From: Macrostomum lignano | Taxonomy: Eukaryota | Assembly: GCA_002269645.1 (NCBI GenBank) | Contig: NIVC01000564.1 | Location: forward strand, 1-54,367 | Length of the DNA: 54,367 nucleotides | Direction: 5' to 3' | In this document: positions 35,844-48,965 of the stretch, in pieces | How positions within the stretch are numbered: the stretch's first letter is position 1 | Layout of the letters: each line of letters opens with the position of its first letter | Notes under the pieces: model-generated | The model's input: only the letters and a program-made list of their open reading frames with translations | Told to the model about the DNA's origin: nothing | Database searches by the model: none | Translations under genes and position numbers: made by a program

Positions 35844-36012
35844 CAGGAAAAAGCATATCCATTAACTGGCAGTAAACTGCGCCAGTAGCCAATTCCTCAA
35901 TTTTGCCCAGATTAGTCTGCATTGACGCGTTGATCCAGCCAAGCATCTCGTGCCTGCTCATATTGTCTGTTGTCTGCGAGGTTGAGTGAACATTCACAGC
36001 CTGTTGCGCCAT
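35844..36012 (-). CDS. MAPRE1: EB1/MAPRE coding exon 1
   Basis: [28 protein letters not shown]...[14 protein letters not shown]; donor gtaaga; 74-bp intron. Joined CDS is 900 nt (299 aa). Confidence 0.95.
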
Positions 36013-36642
36013 TTTTCGCTGTGTTGCCAAGTATTCTCATGCAGGTCATTCAGCTAGGCTATATCTGATGGAAAATAAACTATATGCTTAATAAATAGCA
36101 AAATTAGGTCCAAAAATAGCATAGCATAGCCAAAAATCAAGTACAATGTAATATAGGGATTGATAGTACACATATAGTTTCATAATTACTCTAAATTTTC
36201 GACCCCTGCTTTCAGTGTCCAATCAGCCCAAGAAAATTAACAACAGATCTGCAGCCTGCAGATAGTTCTGTTGACTGTTGACTAGTAGACAGATTTCAAA
36301 CGAAATTGATAAAAATAGACAATGGTTACCTAATAATTCTTTCCGTACTTTTTTACTAATGCTGGATTTTTTTTATATTCATCACATCACCTAAGATTTT
36401 AGGACTAGCAAAAGAAGTTTTTATTTAAGTAAATTGTATTAAACTGAATAAATTGCAGACGCAAAAATATGATTCATTTAATCATGTAGCTGGCAGTGTC
36501 ACGTCAACCGTAAACTAAATCATTTTTGAATGAAGTTTTTAGTTACTCAATTAATTTTTGTTATGAAGACTAGGCAAAAATTTCGAATAATATACATTTA
36601 AAAAAACGTATTTGCTTTGACTAGCCTACGTTTTATTAAAGC

Positions 36643-36712
36643 AGCGCCAAAATGGGTGCCTGTGGCGCTAAAATGAGTGCCTGCGGCGCTAAAATGAGTG
36701 CCTGCGGCGCTT
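36643..36712. repeat. Short remnant of GGCGCTAAA-family repeat
   Basis: About 3 units of ggcgctaaaatgagtgcctg. Confidence 0.75.
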
Positions 36713-37965
36713 TATAAAATGAGTGCTGACAAGACGGATTCTGAAAAGAATTGGTACATGATAATGAGTGGAGTTGGAGTAGAAATGAAAATTCGTTAAC
36801 TGAAGCGAAGACAAACGGTTTCGAATGACTCAAAAATTATTATACAGAGGTCAACTTAATGTTGAATTTTGTAATAAATATAAACGTATTGACATCAGGG
36901 ATTAATTTAATAACAGTTACTATATATTTGCAAACTTTAAAGTTTATGCTTCGTTTTACTTCCTAAATGAACGAGATAAATAGGTAAACTCCATTTTGAA
37001 ACTGATTCGTTCGTCTCATTCCACGAATTAACCAAAATTTTATAAAACGGTATAACCTTCAGTTTTGCATGTAATATATATAATAGTACAGAAGTACAGA
37101 AGTTTGCTGGAGAAAAGTTATATTTTTTAATTTATGTAGCATTTTTAACTGATTAGGGATTTGTTTCTATTTATTGAATAAATTATGTAATTTATGGAGA
37201 TCCACTCCAGAGTCCAGATCCTCTAGTCTAATGTAGCAGGCGTAGGCGTAGGCCTAATAATCAATTTCATTTATTGCTATAATTTGCTTTGATGTCTGAG
37301 TCATAATTGCTACAACTGTGCTGTATAGTATTTTTATATTACTGAAAAAATATACTCACATTGGAATTATCTAAGGAAAGTTTTACAGATAGCTATTCCA
37401 AATACTATAGGGAGATGGCAGATGGCAGATGGTAGATGGGAGATGGGAGACGGGAGATGGGAGCTGGGACCAAATATTCCAAATTACTCGATTGCTGTAT
37501 ATCTAACAACTTCCTTAATCAATCATTTTCTGCAATTCCAACTTTCAAGTGCTAAATTTAAAATAATATATATAAATAGGTTTTGTAAAAATTATTTTAA
37601 AAGTAGATAAGAAACAATTGAATTTATTTATACACTTATACATGTATAATAAAGACAGTTAATATATGGCATTGCTTATAACCTTATAAAAAGCTTATAA
37701 AATTATAGCTTTTATATAAATAATCTATAACTATGTCTTTAAGTACAATAGTATATTTTTTCTTATTTAAAAAGGCAGCTAAATTTTCAACAATACAGAA
37801 AACATTTTTTAGAATTCAATTGTATTTGTATTCTTTTGAAATTAGCCTTATTTAAAACTCTATTACAAGGGTTCTCCCAGAAAAAGCAGGAAAAACTAGT
37901 ACAGAGGCTGACTGTGATATTCAAATCTGATGCAACTTGCGTTATAAGTAGAAAAAAATCCAACA

Positions 37966-38411
37966 GTTGTTTTGCTTTTTAAATAGGGTAAAAATTTCAA
38001 TTCATTCAAAAGTTGTGCCTATAAATACAACAAGGGGTAGGAGGTTAGAGTTACACCAAGTCGAGAGGTCTGAAAAGTCAATCACGCAGCATCGCCATCA
38101 CCCTTGACTGATGACTTTTCAATGAAGTCACCCCTCAGCCTGCAGCCTGCAGCTGTTCTGCTTCTGCTTCTGCTTCAGATTAGCTTCTGCTTTTTTCAAG
38201 AGCTTATGTGCTCTTTTGTTTCTCTTTAGCTTCTTCATTTGCTTTTGTTTTTGAATTGATAGTTCTGACTAAACATCAAAAGTTTAGTCTATGGTCAGCA
38301 TAGTAGGCTTGACTTGGTATAATTCTATTCTACCCCCTACCCCTTGTTCTAATTATAGGAATAAATTTTGAATGAATTGACATTTTTATCCCATTTAAAA
38401 AGCAAAACAAC
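37966..38411. repeat. Imperfect inverted repeat, ~100-bp arms (37966-38062 / 38311-38411) around a ~250-bp spacer; old MITE-like
   Basis: gttgttttgctttttaaat..aaaaat.tcaattcattcaaaa...caagggg..ccaagtc is mirrored on the right. Confidence 0.75.
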
Positions 38412-38699
38412 CAATGCTTTCTAATAGTTGTTATATAAGTTTTAATAATAAGTTTTTTATTTAATATTAACATTTTTTTCTATATTACTAACTTCAGCTA
38501 TCTTAAAAGTATAGCTTTTATATTAAGGTAGCCAGTTGGTAGATGAATGATGTATTACAGGTAATTAGTTTTTAGTGTAAGTCCCCTGCTTTTTAATTGT
38601 GAATCAAATGCATGCTTGGAACTACTAGAAGATCGAACCAAAACAATCAGTCCAGCCAATCAATAGAAAAAATCAGTAAGCAAAAAGACAGGTTCGGAC

Positions 38700-39203
38700 A
38701 TGCCCACATCGGACATGCTGTCCGTGGCCGACGTCTATGACGCTGCCTCGGCCATTGGCAAAGACTTCGAATTAATTATCGATCGCTACGGTGTCGACGC
38801 TGTCGCCGGCCTCATGCCGAAGGTGATCTCCGTGCTGGAGGAGCTGGAGGACTTGGCTACTCGGCACGAGACCGAGAGCAAAGAGCTGGTCGATCTGCAG
38901 CGAGTTGTGGACCGTCTGGAGACCGAGAAAGTGTCCCGGCAGGGCGATCGCAGCCGGTTCGAGCGGGAGCTGGAGCAGATTGAAGAGCTCTGGCGCAATG
39001 AGACCCAGGAGCTCATGGACGTTGTTAGCCGGCTGCAGGAGGACAACCGGCGGCTGCAGCAGGAGCTGCAAACTGCCAAGGAGGGTGGCGAGTCCGCGAC
39101 TGTTCAGCAACAGCAGCAGCAGCAGCAGCAGACTCTTCAGCAGCAGCAGGCGGGAGGCGGCCTGTTGAAGAAACAATCCAGCAAGGAGACGGCCGAGCTG
39201 CAG
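38700..39203 (+). CDS. RILPL1: RILP-like protein, exon 1 (RH1 domain)
   Basis: [44 protein letters not shown]...[16 protein letters not shown]...LQEDNRRL matches RILP/RILPL RH1; donor cag|gtctgt (phase 0). Confidence 0.9.
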
Positions 39204-39983
<780 letters not shown>

Positions 39984-40530
39984 TAGTTCGTGTCTCTGTA
40001 CCTGTATTTACAGCATACTAAACTTGTTATAGCTGTTTTAATTTAGTATCGAATGAAACCTATCAGTTATCCTTTATAATGGAATATCAGAAGCCCTGTA
40101 GTGCTGCTTGACTGTACTGTTTAATAGTTTAATATCTCTAAAGGAGCTTTCTACTTAATCTCTTAACCACTCAAGTCCACTCATTCGTGGGACCATTCAC
40201 ATTGAGTCTCTACTACCAGCTGAATGTGTACTCAGTCTCCATCGGAAATGAACTCAAATTGATGAAGAAATTTCTCAGAGACTTGAAAAAATGAATTAGA
40301 AAGTTCAACCCGTCAATCAGATTTAGCATAGCTGTATTGTGAAGTTCATCCAAGCAACAGCGGAAATTCATTTCTTCCTGGAAAACGAGGATTAAAACTC
40401 TCAGTTGGCTAAGGCTTTATTTCTCCAATAGTTTACAATCATAGTTTATAGCCGGTCTATGAGAATATTCAACAGTATTAGACTCTCTGAAGCACAACCT
40501 CTCCTTGTACATGTTAAATATTTTAAATAA

Positions 40531-40718
40531 TCCCTACTGTACATCTTTAGACATTCACCCTACTGTACACCTTCAGACAATCACCCTACTGTACATCTTC
40601 AGACAATCGCCCTACTGTACATCTTCAGACAATCGCCCTACTGTGCATCTTCAGACAATCGCCCTACTGTACATCTTCAGACAAACGCCCTACTGTACAT
40701 CTTCAGACAATCGCCCTG
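40531..40718. repeat. 26-bp minisatellite x~7
   Basis: Unit cctactgtacatcttcagacaatcgc. Confidence 0.9.
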
Positions 40719-40778
40719 ATAAATCATTAAGATAGGAAATGAAAATTCAAATTTCAAAAAACTTTGCTTCAACCTCAG

Positions 40779-41069
40779 GTGCTGGTCAAGCTCAAAGCCA
40801 CAGTGGAGGCCCAGCGCGATCAGATCCGGTCACTTCAACGCGAGCTGGCGCAGCGTCAGGCCGACGTCGAAGCTCTGCAGTCGCAGTCGGACCGCCTGGC
40901 CCGAATGAACGCCGAGATTCGCCGGCGTCACTGCGTCAGCAAGCGACAGGCGCAGCATCTGCTGGAGAGCAAAGCGGACCTAGAGGTGCGCCTGCAGGCC
41001 AAGGAGCAGCTGCTGCGCGAGATGAAGGACTGCGTTGTCGGGCCGGAGGCTGGGGCCGGCGCTGAAGCG
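40779..41069 (+). CDS. RILPL1: RILP-like exon 2 (coiled coil)
   Basis: VLVKLKATVEAQRDQIR...; acceptor cctcag, donor gtgagt; phase 0/0. Confidence 0.88.
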
Positions 41070-41099
41070 GTGAGTTTCTCAATCAAGGATGTGGAAAGC

Positions 41100-41345
41100 T
41101 CGATAAATAATAAGTATTTGGGGCTGATCAGTTCCTGCAATCTGGATGCCAACGTGAAATCGGGTCAACATGGCCACCCTGGCGCAACGCCTTCGGTGAC
41201 ATCGTCCGGCAACCAGCGCTGACGGCAATTCTGCCCGTTCCGCAGACTCCTGAACACACACAAGCGCGCCAATACTGTACGCAGGCGCGCACTCATACAC
41301 AGGCTCACGGAATCGAACCAGGGGTCTTGAGCTGGTCTGCTCCCC
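41100..41345 (-). mobile_element. Possible 5'-truncated SINE-like insertion
   Basis: B-box GGTTCGATTCC on the minus strand (41309-41319), GC-rich body and ttattattt tail; no A-box or TSD found. Confidence 0.3.
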
Positions 41346-41888
41346 AATAATTCATAGAAATATCAGACAGACAATTAGAAACAGAGTTTGTACTGTTATA
41401 ACTTTGTTAGCTAGATTATAGAGAAGTTTAGAGTCTAGCACTTCATGGCTATTGCTCGAGGGATAGACAGACGAATCCAGAAACTGGGACAATGCGAAGG
41501 GATTACACTATATGTATTAAATTATAGCAATAGTAATATTTTATTACTTACTATATTATAAATTTAGAAACTCCGCGTGCTCATACAGAAATCCAACTTT
41601 CTGTTCTATCCGGGTTGCCATTAAGAATAGTCGGCTGCAATGCAGCAGCTGTTGCGTGTTCGCAGCTGTGTTCCCCCTACATTTCATTGCGCAATCCATT
41701 GCTCTGTTCTGTTGGCTCTGCCTTCCTTCTTTGATCAGCGATTTCCTTTCTTGTATGCAATGCTAGCAGCTGAGCGTAGAGCTCCTAGTCCAATAAGTCA
41801 TCGCTGAAAGTTAAGCACAGTTGACCGCGGTTAGTCCGCGAATTAAGCAAATTAATTTTTGTCCACCAATTTTTCTCCCCGCGTTCAG

Positions 41889-42065
41889 CGGAAGCACTCG
41901 AATTCTGGTAGCAGCTCCGATGGGCGCCCCTCGGTGCCAGCTGGCGCCGCCGCAGCCAGCGGTAGCGGTGCCGCTGTGCCCGAAGCTCCACTGCGAGCCA
42001 ACTCCGTTGAAAGCTCAGTGGGCGGCGGTAGCAGCATCTTTGGTGGCCAAATCGGCAGCATGGAG
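41889..42065 (+). CDS. RILPL1: RILP-like exon 3 (Ser/Gly/Ala-rich linker)
   Basis: Acceptor ttttctccccgcgttcag; RKHSNSGSSSDG...IGSME; weak donor gtttct; phase 0/0 fits both neighbours. Confidence 0.7.
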
Positions 42066-42589
42066 GTTTCTGTTAATCCAAATTTACAGTCCGACTTTAT
42101 TAGTGTTGCATTATTACCCTTTTTTGTTGTCATGAAAACATGTTGTCATTTTGTTGTTGGAAGTGTAGTGCATGCCCTCGCCACTTTGGTGCTGGCGGGG
42201 GGGTTGGTTTGCCCCTCCCCTGCCATGCGCTCTGCCCCTTGCTCTATTCTGGTTGGCTGCGGCCAGTCCGGCTGTTTCATGAGGGCTGCGCCCTGCCCCA
42301 GGCGGGGTTTTGATTGGCTGGCTCTTGCATGCGCTGTTTTGCATTACAAGCTACATGTCATCTGCCCCCTTTTCTCTGGGTTTTACTTTATTATTGATTC
42401 AAGGGTTGGTTTGAGCCCTTCTTTCGCTCCACTCTTGTCAGTCTTTCCGGGGGACGGATCAGTTTTGATCCTGCTAAGCAGCCCCGCGACAATAAAATTC
42501 AACTAGATATTTTTTAGATAGCTGAGGAGCACTAATCCAAACCCGTTCCCAAAGTGGTTTGAAGGTGCTGTACATTTTACCAGAGTGGT

Positions 42590-44096
42590 GTGAGCATATT
42601 CAGTAGGTGAGATACCAGCATATTCAGTAGGTAAGATGCCAACATATTCAGTAGGTGAGATACCAGCATATTCAGTAGGTGAGATACCAGCATATTCAGT
42701 AGGTGAGATACCAGCATATTCAGTAGGTGAGATACCAACATATTCAGTAGGTGAGATACCAGCATATTCAGTAGGTGAGATACCAATATATTCAGTAGGT
42801 GAGATACCAACATATTCAGTAGGTGAGATACCAGCATATTCAGTAGGTGAGATACCAGCATATTCAGTAGGTGAGATACCAACATATTCAGTAGGTGAGA
42901 TACCAGCATATTCAGTAGGTGAGATACCAACATATTCAGTAGGTGAGATACCAGCATATTCAGTAGGTGAAATACCAGCATATTCAGTAGGTGAAATACC
43001 AGCATATTCAGTAGGTGAGATACCAATATATTCAGTAGGTGAGATACCAACATATTCAGTAGGTGAGATACCAGCATATTCAGTAGGTGAGATACCAGCA
43101 TATTCAGTAGGTGAGATACCAACATATTCAGTAGGTGAGATACCAGCATATTCAGTAGGTGAGATACCAGCATATTCAGTAGGTGAAATACCAGCATATT
43201 CAGTAGGTGAGATACCAGCATATTCAGTAGGTGAGATACCAGCATATTCAGTAGGTGAGATACCAACATATTCAGTAGGTGAGATACCAGCATATTCAGT
43301 AGGTGAGATACCAATATATTCAGTAGGTGAGATACCAACATATTCAGTAGGTGAGATACCAGCATATTCAGTAGGTGAGATACCAGCATATTCAGTAGGT
43401 GAGATACCAGCATATTCAGTAGGTGAGATACCAGCATATTCAGTAGGTGAGATACCAACATATTCAGTAGGTGAGATACCAGCATATTCAGTAGGTGAGA
43501 TACCAACATATTCAGTAGGTGAGATACCAGCATATTCAGTAGGTGAAATACCAGCATATTCAGTAGGTGAAATACCAGCATATTCAGTAGGTGAGATACC
43601 AATATATTCAGTAGGTGAGATACCAACATATTCAGTAGGTGAGATACCAGCATATTCAGTAGGTGAAATACCAGCATATTCAGTAGGTGAGATACCAACA
43701 TATTTAGTAGGTGAGATACCAGCATATTCAGTAGGTGAGATACCAACATATTCAGTAGGTGAGATACCAACATATTCAGTAGGTAAGATACCAGCATATT
43801 CAGTAGGTAAGATACCAGCATATTCAGTAGGTGAAATACCAGCATATTCAGTAGGTGAGATACCAGCATATTCAGTAGGTGAGATACCAGCATATTCAGT
43901 AGGTGAAATACCAGCATATTCAGTAGGTGAGATACCAGCATATTCAGTAGGTGAGATACCAGCATGTTCAGTAGGTAAGATGCCAACATATTCAGTAGGT
44001 GAGATACCAGCATATTCAGTAGGTGAGATACCAGCATATTCAGTAGGTGAGATACCAACATATTCAGTAGGTGAGATACCAGCATATTCAGTAGGC
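42590..44096. repeat. 24-bp minisatellite, ~62 copies
   Basis: Unit agcatattcagtaggtgagatacc. Confidence 0.98.
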
Positions 44097-45261
44097 GTGA
44101 CTTATTTTTTGTATACTGTAGTTGTGTCCTAATAGAATCCCCAGTTCTGCTAGAAGTCTAGAACCACAACAAAGCATCCATACATTTACATCTGGCAATA
44201 TATCCCCAATCTGCTCCAGTTTCTTTATTCCCCAATCTCAAATCAGATGAATCTGTCGAGTGGCTTTTCACTACACACAAGAAGAAGCAAGAAGGAAGAG
44301 GCTGGGTCACGATGCCGGGAATTGGGGTGGATGGATGGGGGGAGTTGCTGGGCAAGGGCGCAGCTGTGGGCATTGCAAGGCCCTTGAATTATTTATCACC
44401 TACAGGGCGATGGCTGATGAGTCCCCAGTTCTGGACGGCCTCTGGCCCGCCCTGCCGCAGCTGCTTCTGCTTCCTCTGGGAGAAGCTGGTCTAATTTTAG
44501 TTTCCTTCTATATCTTCGATACGTTTGTTTCTATAGTTCAGTGCCAATACAGACAAAAAATATTGTTGAAATATTATTGTTAAAGTTGTACGATTCTGTT
44601 CTTATGGATGTTTTTTTCATTCTTTCTTCTCAGCTTCTAAAATCCTTGTAGTCTCTTTGTACTTCCTCATTTTTCTCTCTTCAAATGCAGACTCAAATAT
44701 TGACCGCACAAGCAGTTCTTCTCTTCTCCAGCCTCTCTCTCTTCTCAGCCCTACCATTTTATTGATCAGCAGTATTGGGGTGGGCAGGGCGACTGTCAGG
44801 AAAGTGCTCATTCTCTTGTTAGCCATCGCTATAGGTGTATAAAGTATTCTAAGCATTCAACTCAAGTCACATGCCGGCATGTTGCTTTCTAATATTCGTT
44901 TGTTGTTGCTTGATGCCTGAGAAGCAAGCAGAAGAGAAGCAAAGATAGAATCATGAGTGCTTTACTCTGTACTCTCTCTGTGTGGAGGAAATTAGCAGGG
45001 CGACAATGCTTGCCCCCTTGTTACCTGGCTAATTACTGGATAGGAAGAGCTGTGCACCATGCTGCATGCACAGTAAATTTTCCTGCATTTCTTTACTGTG
45101 GCATTTTTTAAAGTTAGCCTGGCTTTCTAGTGCATGCAGTGAGGCTTTCTAGTTACTAAATGTATGTTGTGCCTTGAATATTCTTTAATGTGCTTTTTAG
45201 CACTTGCGAGACTGTAGAAAGAGATAGAGGTACAAAGGGAGGAATAGGGGAAATCGAGGAG

Positions 45262-45650
45262 AGAAATGAGGATAGAGAGAAGGGTAAGGAGGATAGAGAG
45301 AAGGGTAAGAAGGATAGAGAGAAGGGTAAGGAGGATAGAGAGAAGGGTAAGGAGGATAGAGAGCAGAAGAATGATAGAGAGGTAGGAAAAGGATAGAGAG
45401 GAGGGTAAGGAGGATAGAGAGAAGGGAAAGGAGGATAGATAGCAGAAGAATGATAGAGACGTGGGAAATTGACAGAGAGGAGGGTAAGGAGGATAGACAG
45501 GAGGAATGGAAGGATGGAAGGGGGGAGAGAGGATAGAGAAGAGGGTAAGGAGGATAGAGAGAAGGGAAAGGAGGATAGAGAGCAGAAGAATGATAGAGAC
45601 GTGGGAAATTGACAGAGAGGAGGGAAAATGATAGAGAGGAGGGTAAGGAG
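45262..45650. repeat. Purine-rich ~21-bp minisatellite
   Basis: Unit ggatagagagaagggtaagga and variants. Confidence 0.85.
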
Positions 45651-45845
45651 GACAGAGAATAGACAATAGACGAATGGAAAAGATGATGTAGAGGGAAGGT
45701 AGAATAGTGAAAATGGGAGAGGAAGAGAAAGGAGAGAGTAGATGGTAAATTTTATGTACGTGTACTCCAGCGTAATCAATGTACTTTTGTATTCTCTCCT
45801 CCTCTCTGACGCAACAATCCCTAATAAAACGATTCACCAACGCAG

Positions 45846-46042
45846 AACCTGATGACTTCAATGACAGAGGAGCAGCTGATTGAGAAGCTGAACTCCGAGG
45901 GCAAGATGATCATTGATCGCTCGGACCCGAATAGGCCCAGATTTACCATTACCGAACTGAGGGAAGTTCTAATGGAACGAAACGAACTCAAAACTAAACT
46001 AATCGAGGTTGAGGAGGAGCTCTCGGTCTATCGGCAAGCTGG
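45846..46042 (+). CDS. RILPL1: RILP-like exon 4 (RH2 / Rab-binding domain)
   Basis: DRSDPNRPRFTITELREVLMERNELKTKLIEVEEELSVYR is the RH2 signature; acceptor cgcag, donor gtgagt (phase 2). Confidence 0.93.
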
Positions 46043-46474
46043 GTGAGTTGTGAAAAGTCATTATTTTTCATTTTTTAATCTGCATGGAGACTCATATCTA
46101 CCTATGTTCTACATCGATAGTGTTACGTAGCTTGTTGATTTGGAAGTGGACTAAGAAGTACTTTTAAATTTGATATCCGTCTAGTTTTAAGCGCTTCTAC
46201 CATTTTAATATCTAACCTATTATGCATGGCTCTATCAGTTTTAATTTATTACCAGCGATTTGGCTTGGATATGTACTAATATATTAAGAGGTTAAGTCAT
46301 GCACTTCAATATTATACTTGACTCTGTTAATTAATAACTCATTCTCGTGTCTTCTCTTAGTCTTATCCCTTTGTATCTTTTCGCTACTTATAGTTACTCA
46401 TGTCTACCCATATCTACTCTCTACTAGTGTATATTCGTGTTTACTCGTGTATACTTTTACCTACTCGTACCTAC

Positions 46475-47040
46475 TATATCTACCCATGTCTACTCATGTC
46501 TACTCATGTCTACTCATGTCTACTCATGTCTACTCATGTCTACTCATGTCTACTCATGTCTACTCATGTCTACTCATGTCTACTCATGTCTACTCATGTC
46601 TACTCATGTCTACTCATGTATACCCATGTCTGTTCATGTCTACTCATGTCTACTCATGTATACTCGTGTCTACTCGTGTCTACTCATGTCTACTCGTGTC
46701 TACTAATGTCTACTCATGTCTACTCATGTCTACTCATGTATACTCGTGTCTACTCGTGTCTACTTATGTCTACTCATGTCTACTCATGTATACTCGTGTC
46801 TACTCGCGTCTACTCATGTCTACTCATGTCTACTCATGTATAATCGTGTCTACTCGTGTCTACTCATGTCTACTCATGTCTACTCATGTATACTCATGTC
46901 TACTCATGTCTACTCATGTCTACTCATGTCTACTCATGTCTACTCATGTCTACTCGTGTCTACTCATGTATACTCATGTATACTCGTGTCTACTCATGTA
47001 TACTCATGTCTGTTCATGTCTACTCATGTCTACTCATGCC
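46475..47040. repeat. 10-bp minisatellite (tctactcatg)n
   Basis: Directly visible. Confidence 0.95.
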
Positions 47041-47744
47041 TGATCATGCGTACTCAAGCCTCGTCATATCTAACTCTTACTCGTCTGCTCATGTCTACTT
47101 TTATCTACGCGCATCTACGGTACTCTCTATTATGTATATTACGTTACTTATCCACCTGCCTGACTAATATTACTTAAACACACCAAGTTCACTCATTTTG
47201 CCCTCCCCACATAAAATGTGCTTGAAGTTGCGTCATTTTCTCTCGAATAAGCAGTTTCCCACGTGCGTATTTTTTCAGAAAATCGCAGTGGTAAAAATAA
47301 TTATTTGCATATAAATTACATAAGCGATGTAATTACTTTTTGTATAAGCTAATATACTGTTTTTGTGAAGTTTGTTTCATTATAAAATACTGCCAGAACG
47401 CTTTGCATGTTTATGCATATATGATGTAATACTGAAGTCAAGGTAGCCAATAATCCATTTAATTAATTGTGCTCATTCTATATACTGCTGCTAATTCCTA
47501 TTTGGTAACATTTTCAGGCATGCGTGCGAGATGCTTTGAGCACTAATAACAAATTGCATAATTTTTTTGTTATACATGTACTAACTATATATTTGTGAAT
47601 TTGTGCTTCCGTATTGACAGGTCACCTTTGGGTGTATTGGTTTAGTCTCCCGCATGCTTGTGCTTTGTTAATTATATATAATAAAGAACTTGCTAATACA
47701 GATAGTGTGGAGTACAGCAGAGAAGTGAATTACGTGAGGTAGGT

Positions 47745-48531
47745 ATAGATTAGACACAGGGGCGGGGATAAATTAGACAAAGGAGAAGGGGTATATTAGA
47801 CACAGTGGTAGGGATAGATTAGACACAATGATAAAGATAACTTAGGCACATCTGTAGGGATAGATTAGACATAACGATACAGATAAATTAGACACATGGG
47901 TAGGGATAGATTAGACACGGGGATAGGGATAGACTAGACACGGTAGGGATAGATTAGACACAGGGGTAGGGATGGACTAGACACAGGGTAGGGATAGATT
48001 AGACACAGGGTAGGGATAGATTAGACACGGGGATAGGGATAGACTAGACACAGGGGTAGGGATGGATTAGACACAGCGGTAGGGATGGACTAGACACAGG
48101 GTAGGGAAAGATTAGACACAGGGTAGGGATAGATTAGACACGGGGATAGGGATAGATTAGACACGGGGATAGGGATAGACTAGACACAGGGGTAGGGATA
48201 GATTAGACACAGCGGTAGGGATGGATTAGACACAGCGGTAGGGATGGATTAGACACAGGGATAGGGATGGATTAGACACAGCGGTAGGGATGGATTAGAC
48301 ACAGGGATAGGGATGGATTAGACACAGGGGTAGGGATGGATTAGACACAGGGGAAGGGATGGATTAGACACAAGGGTAGGGATGGATTAGACACAGCGGT
48401 AGGGATAGATTAGACACAGCGGTAGGGATGGATTAGACACAGCGGTAGGGATGGATTAGACACAGGGGTAGGGATGGATTAGACACAGCGGTAGGGATGG
48501 ATTAGACACAGCGGTAGGGATGGATTAGACA
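47745..48531. repeat. 19-21-bp minisatellite
   Basis: Unit gggat(a/g)gattagacacag(g/c)ggta. Confidence 0.93.
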
Positions 48532-48727
48532 CTAGGAGCAAAAAAAACGAATCAGAGTCAAAAGCCAACCGTTTGAAAGTAATCTAGAAATATCTATATT
48601 TCAATACAGTCAATAAAAATGATTGTTTGTTCCCCTGGGATAATATTGCCATTTCTTTCCAAAGCGGATTGGTAGCCATTATGATTCAACCAATCTGTAT
48701 TTTTTCTGCTTTCCTCCCCAATGCCAG

Positions 48728-48820
48728 GGACGATGACGCGCCAGTCCAAGGACCCATCAACAAGGAGCCGGACGAGAAGCTCTATCCTGACAAGTCGACC
48801 GACATTGGCATCAAGCAGTT
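48728..48820 (+). CDS. RILPL1: RILP-like exon 5
   Basis: (G)DDDAPVQGPINKEPDEKLYPDKSTDIGIKQ; acceptor tgccag, donor gtgagt; phase 2/2. Confidence 0.88.
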
Positions 48821-48965
48821 GTGAGTCGGGGTCTGGCTCTCTCCCTATCTGCTGCTTTTTGTTTACCCGGTGCATGCTCAGCTTCCATGTATCTGTAACT
48901 GCTTTCAATATATTAATAGATAGATGTGTTATTGTTATGTTCATAACTTGAAAACTGCTAAGAGA

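Noticed and set aside
44406-44583. Cryptic RILPL exon or small ORF after a good acceptor (MADESPVLDG...)
   Set aside because: Phase-0 entry hits TGA after 3 codons, the nearest donor is phase 1 and incompatible with exon 4, and there is no recognisable motif.
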